Shown here: positions 44,855 through 56,655 of the stretch, in pieces
How positions within the stretch are numbered: the stretch's first letter is position 1
How the letters are laid out: every line of letters begins with the position of its first letter
Origin: Entomortierella parvispora E1425
Taxonomy: Eukaryota; Fungi; Mortierellomycota
Reading direction: 5' to 3'
Assembly: GCA_020891255.1 (NCBI GenBank)
Contig: BQFW01000014.1
Coordinates: 1,116,001-1,180,000, forward strand
DNA: 64,000 nt
Position numbers and translations under genes: made by a program
Notes under the pieces: generated by a model
The model's input: only the letters and a program-made list of their open reading frames with translations
Database searches by the model: none
What the model was told of the DNA's origin: nothing

Positions 44855-47346
44855 CTAGCCTCGTGACTGCGCTTCGAGGATGTCTAAACGTGTTCGAAAA
44901 AGGGAGAACATTTTCAGTTGGGTCAGTTGGGTCAGTTGGGTCAGTTGGGTCAGGTCCCCAGTCAGCCAGTCAGTCATCCAGCTCTCTCTCTGTCTTTCCT
45001 CCCTTGGATCAAACACTTACCAATAATCCGTTGTCGCATGTCCTCCTCTTCAACAACATCTTCAATGGCCTCACCATCAAAGGTAACCGCCTGAAGATCC
45101 GCATCCGGTTCCTGTACCAGCAGCTCAAACACAGCCAAGTGACCTTCAGCCGCTGCACAGTGCATTGGAGTCCAACCTGTTCGTGTGCATCGTCAAAAAC
45201 AAGTCGGATCATCAATTTTCTGATGAGCAACTGCACCTCAAAAAACAAAAAACAGAAAATGTCATGGACCTGAACGGAGGATTTGGTAATCGTTGTCTCA
45301 TACCTTCCATATCAGCCACATTCACGCTGGCCCCAGACTCGACCAAGAAACGGCAGAGCGCCAGATGGTTGTAGGAGGACGCCAGATGCAACGAACTTAG
45401 TTTCCGAGACGCCGACTGGTGGTTGATAATATCTGCTAAAGATCCCGACTCGCCTTCCTCTAGCACAATGGCGAGCATGGATCGATACAATGCGAGATCT
45501 CCTGTTCTGGACGCGTCTGCCATCAGTGACCACGGGTCAAACGAAACGCGTTTGGAATGCTTTTTGGATTTTGTTATCGACTGTGATGTTGATTCAGTGT
45601 TTGAGCGTGTTTCCACATGCAGTCGAATAGAAGGTGAAGACTGGTAGCTCCGTAGTTTGGGTCGAGATCGCACTGCTGCTGGCGAAGAGGCTTGCGATAG
45701 AGATTCGAGCACTTTCAAGCCAAGAGACCCTGGCTGAGCTTGTTCTTTGGCGAATGCAGACTCAGGAGTTCTAAGAGTTGGCACAGTGCCTATTGGCTCT
45801 TTGATAAAGACGGTGGGCGACAGTATTGATTCGTGATCCTGTTCTGACCCTGGCAATGATTCGGCAAGAAGTAGATCATCGATGCGATCCGAGCTGCCTC
45901 CTTGTGAAGAATTAGATGAGCTTCCATTCTTGGCTGATTGAGACTGAGAATTGCAAGGATTCGATATCAAAAGACCTCCCAGCGTATTGGAGATGCCTAA
46001 CGTTGAAGCTGGTCGTGCCAAAGTGAAACTTTCTAGTGGACTTTGCTCCGTTTGTAGTTCGTGATTGTCATCCAGAAGCGAGAATAAAGGCAAGGTCGAG
46101 GTTGAAGTGGATCTCAAATGACCCAGAGATTTAAAGGAGCTCCAACTTGTCTCCAGTCCTTGCTCACTGGTCGGCGATGTCGGCAATGACTCCTGCCCAA
46201 TGCGTCTATATCTAACAACTTTTTCAAGAAAACAAAACAATAACAATTAGCTACAAGACTTTGGATTCTCACCAACAAAAGGAGAATCACGGCCCACCAA
46301 GACTTACCCTCCGTGAGATTCAAAAACAGTGTCCTGGTCGTGTTTTCGTCGGCGCAGTCCACTGGCTTATACTTGCGATCATTCATCTTGTACACATTCG
46401 CACCTAGATCCAGTAACCGCTTTGTCAGGTCTGCCATGCCCAAGAAGCTTGCCAGATGTAACGTCGTATTCCCATCGCCCCACATCTTGCCCATGAATTC
46501 GTAGAGAATCTTTTTTGACTCCAGCTCGTCCGATGCTTTGACGACAAAGTTCAAGAGGTCCAGTGCAAGTTCCTCATTAAAGAGAAAACAGGCAATCTGA
46601 ATTAGATTCAGGTGGTCAACCGTCGGTCCCAATAGCTCCTTTGCATCCAGCAAGATGTCTGGGTCGTGCCGATATCGACCGTCTGTATTCGAGAGATTCC
46701 AGGTGACAAGGGTCTGAATGACGATTGCAAAGTCGAACGCGTGTAGGATTCTGTCCAGCTCTGGCCGATCTTCCTGTTCTATTGCGTCCAGCATTTGTTT
46801 CCATACAGGAACGGCTCGGGGTGATCCTGGATCTTTGGGCGAGTCAATATGTGAAAGTGCGCTCACGAATGAGTCTTCGGATCCTACAGAGCTACCAGAC
46901 AATCCCCCTGCGACGCCCTTGGAGTGTAGAAATCCTATGACAGATGGTCCGAGTGTTGACGACGACTGTGAAGGCTGTAGAAGAGCTGGCTGTGATAGTG
47001 GCGGCGTCGGGCTGACCGCATCAGGGGATCCTGGCCTAAGAAAGAGCTGTGGTGCAGACTGTTGCCGAGCATGACATGGGCTTGGCTCGGATATGTCTCT
47101 TCGGGACTGCGAGAAAGATGATGACGGGAGGGGTGACGACCGTTTGTCATGCGACGAGGACGACGCACTGCTTTCGACCTTGAACGTTTTGGGTATAGCG
47201 AGAGGTTGGTATCGTATTGGCGACTGCAGTGATTTGGGCGCAGGTTTGGAGGCAGACGCCTGGAGGTATTGTTGCGACAGTCGCTGAACGGTGCCTGCCT
47301 TCAGCTCCTGGAGGGTGTCCTGTTTCTTTGGACGCGCAGTGGTCAT
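44855..47346 (-). CDS. Ankyrin-repeat protein with an RVxF PP1-docking motif (712 aa; exons 47346-46308, 46218-45304, 45176-45021, 44883-44855)
   Basis: Two ankyrin clusters (GNTTLHLASFLG; SSLHLASSYNH and GWTPMHCAAAEGH). KRVSFDPWSLMADASRTGD directly precedes the second cluster. Exon lengths sum to 2139 nt, in frame. Confidence 0.8.
44914..44953. repeat. Tandem repeat (TCAGTTGGG)x4 plus a partial copy, in the last intron of the ankyrin gene
   Basis: Read directly from the sequence. Confidence 0.95.
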
Positions 47347-49610
47347 GGCGCGTGGGGGGACGGCCTTTTGTTTTTTTTGCTGAACTGTTCCCAGAGGAAG
47401 GAAAAGGGATGCCTTGGGCCTGAGAATGGTCTCTGTCTGCAGGCACCACTGGCTTGAATTTGCTTGGTTTGCTGTGGATCAACAGGAACTTTTTGCTCCG
47501 TGCCTGTCTCTGCAGTGTGTCTCTGACGCGGTGTCGTGGTCCCTGTGGCGTCTGGGCTGGGCTCTTTTGAAGGTCGTGGATGCCTCCGACCTAGGCGTCT
47601 GTATCTAGTTGAATGGACTGTTGCAAAAGACGATCGAATGAACAAATGAACAAAATGAATAAATGGGCGGGTGAATGTGGCGATGGAGGGGAATGTGAAC
47701 GGCACGAGGCAGAAGAGGAAGAAGAGGAGAGGAACAAAGGAGAGGAAACAACACTCTTCCCTCCCATGCACTGCACGATAGACATTTTTTTTTTCTTTTT
47801 TTCAGGGGGTGCCTGAGGTGAGTGGATGGGGATGCATGGGTTGAGAGAGAGTCTCTCTCTTCTTTCTTCTTTCTTCTTTCCTCTTCTTTCTTTTCCTTCT
47901 TTCTCACTTTCTCATTGCGCCAGTCATTCGTCTTCATACCTCCATTCATTCTCTTTGTCTTGCCTTGCATTCATTCGTCTTTGCGAGAGGACCACCTCGA
48001 GCCCTTTACTGCCTGTGGCACGCACAGCTGACACGAAGTGGAAAGAGTGTCGACCAGTTGGTCCAGTCCCACAATACTGGGTTTATTCAAGATTCTTTGT
48101 GATCAACAACAGGCTGTTGAATGTCCTCTGGGCTACATTTCACACAGAAATGAGTACGCGACAGGCAAACGACTTGTCTTGTCCTCACGGACGCAAGTAT
48201 TCTCGTTGCTGGCGTGTATTCTCTTTAATGACAATGACTCAATCAACCTTCCAAACTGGTTGGACACACCAATGTTCTTTTCATAGAAAATATAGCTATG
48301 AAATCAGCTATGCCAACTATCGGGGATTGATGTTCGGTAGCTTGCGTCAGAGCCCATGGACCGAGTATCATCCTGACGGCTGTCATCTTGCTTTCTATTC
48401 TCCTGTATTTGCTCCTCTTCATCCAGTTCGTTATCCGTCGTTATATCAGTAACATTGCCCACTTCTATATCTACGTAGCTTCCCAGGTTCAGGTTCCTTA
48501 CCGTAGTCCCTCCTTGTTCATACTTACCTGTTTTTGAAAGGTGCTTTGAACCGCGCTTGTTGCAGTATCGATCAGGCTAGTTCCCACAGCCGAGGATCCT
48601 TTCCGGATGGAGAACGTTTGCTCTTGCTCGAGCCAGAAAAGAGTACCTCTAGACTTGTTCTCTTTCCATCGAGTGCCGCTTTCTTTGCTTGTATGTTCCT
48701 CTTTGACTTGGTAATGGCAGACTTGAAGTCGTGATAGGCGGTCTGCGGCTGAGTACGAGAATTTGACGCAGAATTCTTCGAATACAAGAATATCGGTCTT
48801 TTCAACCCACTCGCGGAGCTCTTTTTAACAGGCATAGGCAAGCTTTAACAGTAGATGCAGAGTTAGATATAGCAGGCAAGGTAACACAGGGAGGGTAACA
48901 AACACATACAACTCGAGGCCGGAGTAAAAACCCCTCAAAGAGGAGCATGAGTCTGGTACACTCGATAGAGGGGAGAAAAAGTACGGCGCGTACTGAGAGA
49001 ACGTTATGCTTTGTAGATGCCGACCTATCGTCTCTTCTTTTGAAAGAAACAGGTAAACCACTGATCTCGACCAGAGGGTGCAAACACGGGCATTACTTGT
49101 ATTAAACAATGCACAAGGCTGCTGGATCCATCGTCGGACACCCAGCAAGTATCAACACCTGTGGACCATCACACAACTGGAAATAACTGGTCCAACCAGT
49201 CAGCGAGCACGCGTCGCGCGTTAAGTGGGGGATGTAACTACGTGAGAGGTGTGTGCATTACATGCTGTGCAAAGAGGACGCAGAGGATGCAAGACGGTGA
49301 ATGAGACTTAATGATACAGCCTACCAATTTGTATAATCCTGCAAGAAATGAAGTAAGAGTTGTTGAATTGTCGAGCAACCAATGGATGGGTAAAGGTAGC
49401 ATCGCTCACAGCATCATACACAGGCGCGCGCCATTGTCACATCATATGGTTTGCGATTAAACACAATTCGGTGACATAATTTGGGCCCAATTTGTGATAC
49501 TTCTTCACCTTCGGATCACCGAGGGCCGATCACTTCTTCCTGGCTGCATTCATTCATTTCATTCTCTCCATTCCTTTCCTCTCCTCTCACAGATCACCCT
49601 ATACATTACA

Positions 49611-50297
49611 ATGGCTCGTCAACGTTCCCGTGCTGCCCCTGCCCAAACCCGCCAGGCTTCGACCATGGCCACTCGCCAGGCTCCCCCTCCCCCTCCCCCC
49701 CGCTGCTCGCCCCGCCCCTCCTCCCCAGCAGATGACTGCTCCCCCCGCACAGCCTGCTGCCATGGCCCCCGCCGCCCCCCAGCAGCCCGGTATGTTTGCC
49801 CAGATGGCTTCTACCGCTGCCGGTGTTGCCGTCGGTTCCGCTGTCGGACACACCATCGGTGCTGGAATTACCGTAAGTCCTATTTTTTTTTTTTGTGCGA
49901 CTTTCGTTGTTGGTGCCTGAAAATTCCGCCCCCAAAGAACATTGTGGATCAAATTTATACACACAAAAAAAACCAGATCTTTCCCTGCGTCGGATATGGA
50001 CCAATCGACTAAAAAAACCGCTTCTTTTGCCATCATGCTTAGTCCATGTTCAGCGGCTCCGGATCCTCCGATGCCCCTGCTGAGCCCCAGCAGCAGCAGT
50101 CTGCTCCTCAGTACCAGCAACAATACCAGCAGCCCATGTACTCCAACGCTGCCGTTCCCGCTGCCACCGGTGCCTCCTGCGAGACCGATGCCAAGGCCTT
50201 CACCAAGTGCCTCGAGACCAACGGAAATGACATGAGCGCTTGCCAGTGGTACCTTGAGCAGCTCAAGGCTTGCCAGTCCATGTCTGCTCAGTACTAA
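49611..50297 (+). CDS. MIX17: Mitochondrial CHCH protein Mix17/CHCHD2, with an apparent +1 frameshift in the C7 run at 49695-49701
   Basis: [24 protein letters not shown] and [32 protein letters not shown] (twin CX9C). The ATG frame and the conserved frame differ by one base. Confidence 0.85.
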
Positions 50298-50552
50298 GGA
50301 TTAGATCATCGAGCGTATTTATTAGTAAAAAAATAAAAATAATGCCAAAAAAAAAAAGTACTCATAGAAGGATCGGAATGCACACGCAACACCCTCTATC
50401 GGTGATCGTCTTGTTTATTGTCATTCATGAACCAAGGTCCTTTACCACTCATCCTCCCCAAGACGCCTGTCATACCTTTTTTTTTCCTTTTTGGGAACGC
50501 CAGCCGCGTGGCAGCCAGAATTTTGCTTTTATTTGTTGAACTTGAATTTTGT

Positions 50553-53500
50553 TTAGAAGGCAAAAGGTGATCGGCCGTCCTTGAGCAGCTCCAGGGAAGA
50601 GAGACGGACACGGCGCAAAAACTCTTGCAACCGACTGGCATCTTGCAGTTCCTTGTACAGCGGTTCCGCTGTTGTCTCGCTCGCCACCATGTTGGCCATC
50701 TCGACCGACTTTGCCAAATACTCGGGAACAATGGATCGACTCTCGTAGTACACCTGGTGGAGGTTCATAACCAGCTCGGAAACATAAATCTGGCGCAATT
50801 GCATCAGCTCCTGATTCCGTCTGACATCTATGTTATGATAAGAGGTTCTTCTGTCAGCACTTTGCTAAAAAAAAAAACTTGTATGGGATTACATTTTCAT
50901 TGTGACAGTGTACCTCCAGGAACCATGCAGTCAGATAGCCATCTTGTTTGAAGCAAGGTCTCAATCTCGGTAATAGCTCGGTGCGCCTTTCCCTACAATC
51001 AAGAAAAAAAAAACAAGGTCATGGTTGGTTACGCTGATTTCAGAGTAGTTTGGTCCGCACAAGCCCTCATTCTAGAAAGCATTTATAGTACCTTAAAGTC
51101 GCTTTCCCATGCATGCTGCTGAGTGCTTGGTGCATCCTCGGAAGGTTTCGTAGACAAAGCATCCTTCCATTCCTCAAAGTACAATCTGGCTGTAAACAAA
51201 TCTCGATAGTAGAGATGCTCGTTCGAGATTGCAGCGTATGCAGGCGAAGATTGCTGAATCTCATGAAGTACGATATCGGTTGGCAGTGAGTTGTATAAGG
51301 CGAAGGCGGTGTTCAGGCGACCTTGGGCTGTGCGGAACGATGGTATTGGTAAGCCTCCAGCATTCAATTCTCAAGCAAAACTATACAAGCCACAGAGGTC
51401 AATAACTCACCCAAGTACTTCCTGGTCAACTGGTTGCTTCGATGCAAGCATTCGTCAAACTGAGAAGAGTCAAATGAAAGCCATTCTAATGCCTGGATAT
51501 GTGCTCGCTCCTGTGATGATACTGGGGATGTCATATTCTTCTTCAAGTTGTCACTAAATCCATCCTGGGCCTAGTAAAAGATAAAGGTTAGCCACATAAT
51601 CCAAAGTGCCATTCCACGACAGACTCCCTGGTGAGCTTACAAAGTCTACATTGATACTGCCCAACAGTCCGTCCACCGTCGCAGCCAGAATGCCTCTGCT
51701 ATCCAATCCACGGTCGTGAAGCATTTTGATTTGGTGCTGACGCTCGCTCTTTGCGCCGTCAATTGCTATAAGAAGGTGAGCGACGAGTGTTATTGTCTGT
51801 GTCCTTCAGGCCAACGCTCACAGCTTGGACGAGTGATGACTTACTCTTCAAATATGACGAGCACGTAGCGACCTGCAAATCATAAGGCAGGTATGAAATG
51901 TAGAGTGGGGCCAGATCGTACTACAGAATACGAAATTGTTAGTACCAAATCTCTCGAAGGGCATTTGTGAACATAACATTTTTTGGAGGCCCACTCACCA
52001 TCTTTTTGGAAATCAGAATGTCGGCATAGGTTTTGATGAAATAGTCCCCTGCAAGCTGAGGGACGTTGGATCCTGTAGACCGCAGCAGCAATACAAAGTG
52101 CGCCAAGAAGCGAAGCATATGTGGCTTCAATGGAGCGCCAGCCTCTCCGTCCAACTTTGCGTTTTGCGCCAATTTGACCAACAGCTGATCCGTTGTTCCG
52201 AGAATAATACTTGTTTGGATCTCTTTGAACATGTCCTTCGCTCCAGCTCTACGACAAAATGCACAATAATCAGGTACATGTCCATCTGGCAAAAAAAGTT
52301 GGTGTTTGCAAGTCTGATAATTCAGTCGTATAATCAATTCTTCCACCCACCTTAATTCTTGACTATCGCTGTTGTTGAGAGAATCAAAGATGTCCTTTGC
52401 GTTCGTGAATTTCGATTTCGGAATAGGTAAGGCCTTGCTTGGCTCTCCCCGATTGAACTGAGAAAGGCGAGCTTCGATCATGCTTTCCACCAAAGAGTTG
52501 TACCGAACCCAAGCATGATCTTCCCAGCTGGAGCACACAGGCAAAACCTATATAAAGAGCAATAGTAAATAAAGAGCTCAGGTGGTGAAGTCCTCTGCAA
52601 TGGATATCAAAACATACCGTATCAACATCTCCAGACAAAGCCCCATAAACAGCACGCTCGAACTGATCGGCGGAGTTATCCTGAGCGAGGGCGTAGCAAG
52701 TTCCTTTCCAAAGTCCACGTCCCTCGTTTCCAACAGGGGCCTCACTTCTGTCATACTGTGGGTCCGTAAACATAATGGAGACGGAGCAAAGTTGACCACC
52801 TCCAATGCTATCGGCACGCCATGATTCGCCTGCCTGTGTGCAGGCTTCCTGAGCCTTTTTCAAATCTCCTCGGCGAACGTACTCCCAAACCGTCTTCAAA
52901 AGGTCCTGTTCGATCCTTTGGTTTTGCTCCGAGGGCTTGAATCCTTCGCGAGAAACAGCATCCGGGTCTCGATTAGTTGAAGCAGTGGGTCGAGACGGAC
53001 TAGAGAACATGGATGGTCTGGAAAGAGACGGTAATGGTTGCGCGAGTTTTGTCCTGATTTGCGGTCTGAAAGGAGGAGCTGTAATCTCCAGCCAGGCCTT
53101 CACGGCAGAGTGGTGTTTAAACTCGGCATCTGTGCTTGCTAGATGCTCAATGAGATCCAAATCAGACCACTGAAGAGCCTCACTGCCCTTATCAATAAAG
53201 GCCTTGTTGTTTGCGAATGCCGTGAAGAGTGTTGTAAGAAGCACCCAAGTCTGGCCTTCTTGTTGCCATAGTTTGTATTCATCCGATGATCCAAATGTTT
53301 GGTGATTAGCATCGGACTCCTTTCGGCCCCCCAACAGTCGTGCCCTACAATCAAAGACTTGTAAGTTGACGGTACATGCGATCCAGACTATACGAGGTTG
53401 CATATTTACCTTGTAAAGCACAACACATCGAATTGTGGTAATACAGAGGCAAAGCTGACATCCTCATTTGACATTCTCTGGCGCCTTTGCACAGCTTCGA

Positions 53501-54073
53501 CCACCCGTGCAAACTTTTGGTGCTCGATCCCAATTTCAAACGACGTGTCCTATAAATCTCATATGTAAGTCAAGCGCCCTGTGTCCCCAAAGCCACCGTC
53601 TCTCCGTTTGATTCCTGGCGACGAATTACCTTCTTGCCAAATGCCTAGAACGAAGTATCATAACGAGGTTAAGAAACAGAAAAGATCTCAAGATCCAGTA
53701 GATATGCCATGTTTCCACTTACGGCTGAGGATAGCTCTCCTGTAGGTGTAGTATCGTTGGCTAGATTATGAAAGAAGTGTCAGTCATTAGATCGCACATA
53801 GGGATCTTTGTGGTGTTCCCCGCGTGTACCTTTCAAGGATGAGGGAGATGCACTATAGTCAGATCGAGGGGAAGATACTCAAGTTAGTACAAGACTCATG
53901 CGACTCTAGTTATTTGACTTGAGGACAGACAAACAAAAGAGAAAAAGCGATTGGCGCGTTTACGTTTGCATGGTCACGTCCATGTTCTTGAAGGCTGAGC
54001 CTGTTGAAACAACAGCGGGTGCATTGCCAGGCAGACTGAATCCAGTGAATGCCTTTGGAGAGTTCCAGGCCAT
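50553..54073 (-). CDS. NUP84: Nucleoporin Nup84/Nup107, multi-exon
   Basis: E.QTWVLL..L, WLEITA, DPDAVSRE, VWEYVRRG...A...C.QAGESWRA.SIGG, FERAVYGALSGD, SWEDHAW, LRFLAHFVL. The start at 54073 (MAWNSPK) is tentative. Confidence 0.85.
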
Positions 54074-54289
54074 GACGATGGTCGATTGCGGGTCAGAGGG
54101 CAGAGGGAGAATCGATGTCCTGGGTCCTGATTTGTCGCGTTGATGCGGTTTGATGCAGAGAGAGAAACGAGATTAGATTGGGCATGTTTTTTTGAGATTC
54201 AAGCATTTTTGTGACTTCGCTTCTGTGCTCGCTACTTTCTGCTTTGTGTGCCTGCGGGCCGTTGTTGAACGATCGCTCCCCACTTCGCC

Positions 54290-55579
54290 ATGCTCGCATC
54301 CCGGACAAGGTCCATCGCCATCGTCTCTTTACGCCGGACACCACTCATCACCCAGAGTGCCATCCGTCTCCGATCGCCCTACATCCCGGCGGCTGTTGCC
54401 CAACGATGCTTTTCAGGAACTGCGATCGCTAATAGCTCGAACAAGCACTCACCCTCCGAGTCGTCTCTGTTCATCCCCGATTCTGCCATCGATACGTTTG
54501 CTGCAACAGACCTTGCATCACTAGCATCGGAGCCAACACAAGTCAATGCTCTGCTTGCCAGTACCCACTACATTCTAGAAGGCATCCATAATGTTGGACT
54601 TCCTTGGTGGGCAACCATCTTCACCGCCACGTTCTTGCTCAGGACAGCAATCACTACCCCGGTGGCCATCTACCAGCAACGAGCTATCGGAAGGATGATG
54701 GCACTGACGCCTGTTCTCCAAGCATGGCTTCAGACCCTGAAAACCAGTGTCAGTATTGATCACAAGCTTAAGGGCAGAGACTATGCAACATTCAACTCGG
54801 AAATCCAGAACGCGGTACGATGAAAAGATGTCGAAATGCCGCTGACCTATTTCATGCTCTCGATCGTCTTCTGTATTGTATACTTACTGTCTTCTTTGAT
54901 TTAGTACCGTGCAAAGGTCAAGGAGCTGTACTCTGCCAATAGATGTAATCCACGCGTCAGTTTCCTTCTCCCTTGGGTGCAGATCCCACTCTTCATTACG
55001 ATGTCTCTCACAATCCGTGGCATGACAGGATATCCGCTGCCGTTCATAGGCGATTCATCTCTACCCTTGGAGCCAGGATTTGCACAAGGTGGAACATTAT
55101 GGTTTACAGATCTGGCTGCTTCAGATCCTACTTGGATAATGCCCATCGCCATTGGCGCGACAAATCTGCTCAATGTGGAGGTAAATGAGGCGAATCAAAA
55201 GATAATTGCTTCATACGTCCGACCCGGTCAGTGACTAACTGGAATTTATGTCGATGTCGTACAGCTGAATGGCCTCATGATGAGCAAAACCCCTACCAGA
55301 AACCAGGTTATCTTCCGTAACCTTTTCCGAGCATTGTCCATCAGTATGATCCCGATTGCCCATGAGGCGCCAATGGTGAGTGCAGCTATCCTCATCAATA
55401 GTGTGATGCCCTATTGTCGACATGAATTAGTTGCTAATCCTGGATTAAATTCATAGGCTATCTGTCTGTATTGGCTGTCCTCTGGCTCATACAGTGTCCT
55501 CCAGAATCTCGCGTTTAGGGTCCCTTCAATTCGCACCTGGTTGAAAATGCCACCACTGCCAGCAAAGGCAGCGCCATAG
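54290..55579 (+). CDS. COX18: Oxa1/YidC-family insertase Cox18
   Basis: Mitochondrial presequence-like N-terminus; LEGIHN.GLPWWATIF.ATFLLR, LLPWVQIPLFI, GGTLWFTDLAASDP, LYWLSSGSYSVLQN. Confidence 0.85.
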
Positions 55580-55710
55580 AATAATAGATAGGTGCCTTTA
55601 ATGGTCGATTAATGTACAATATGGAAAAGTAGAGATATGAATGCGATGTGAGGGGAATATGCTAGAGAAGGAACATTGTTGAGAATCGATCGATTGTTGA
55701 GGTCTGGTTC

Positions 55711-56419
55711 TTAGGAAGACATAACAACGTCGTTGTCCTTGTCGGTGGTGGCGGATGGTATCTTGGCATTGTTGCTATCGTCGTCGCCACTGTGGTCAGT
55801 TTCGCCCTCCTCCTCTGCATCTTTCGTGACGTCCTTGTCCAAGTCCATCATGACAATGGTGGGCTTGACGGTCTCGTCAGGCTTTTTGCCCTTGGGGTTG
55901 ATAATAATATCGTCCTCTGTCACGTCCTTCTTCATGTCAAAGACGCCCAGTCCAAGATCCATCTCGATATATTGTTCCCCGCTTTCTTCATCTACGTTTT
56001 CGATATCGACAGACTTTGGGTCCTGCTTCACCATTTTGTCGAGTTGATCGTTCGCGTCTTTGATTTTGGGTAAAAAGTCTTGAAGGCGAGCAAGCACTAA
56101 TAGGCGAGTAAAAGAAGAAGAAAAAGTTCAATATGGGCGGTGCTAGAGCAAACTGGATCGATGATGAGCCACGGTATGCTCACTTACGGTCAGACTGGAC
56201 CTTGAATGTCTTACGCTCGCCCACGGGGACTGCGGCAGACGGCTTGGCTTTGTCGTCCTTGAGGAGCTTTGCTGTTGTTTATGCAAGGCAGTAATAGTAG
56301 ACTTGTTAGTTGAGTCCATTATGAGTCAGAATTACGAAATGTATGTGATCAGGGTCAGCAAGAGAAGACGTACAGATGAGCTCGTCCTTGGTAGGGAGGT
56401 CCAGAAGAGGATTTGACAT
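55711..56419 (-). CDS. NOPCHAP1/DUF4598 (C12orf45-like) snoRNP assembly chaperone (3 exons)
   Basis: LLARLQDFLPKIKDANDQL...DIENVDEE..QYIEMDLGLGVF; the spliced start is MSNPLLDLP. Confidence 0.75.
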
Positions 56420-56655
56420 TGTATTGTGTTTGGGTAAGAAAAGAGGGAGAGGACAGAGACAGCAATGCAACATGCATGCTTCCGCCCCTTGTCCACAGGC
56501 AGTGAAAAAAAAAAAAAAAAAGAGCCGAGTGGTGGCGCATTAAGGGGCTCACTCCAAACAAACAATCAATATTCTGACTCTCTCCTTCCTCCATAAAAGC
56601 GCGGTCGGTGCATCCATCTCAGCCTCACCATCTCTTTCTTGCCCTATTACATATA

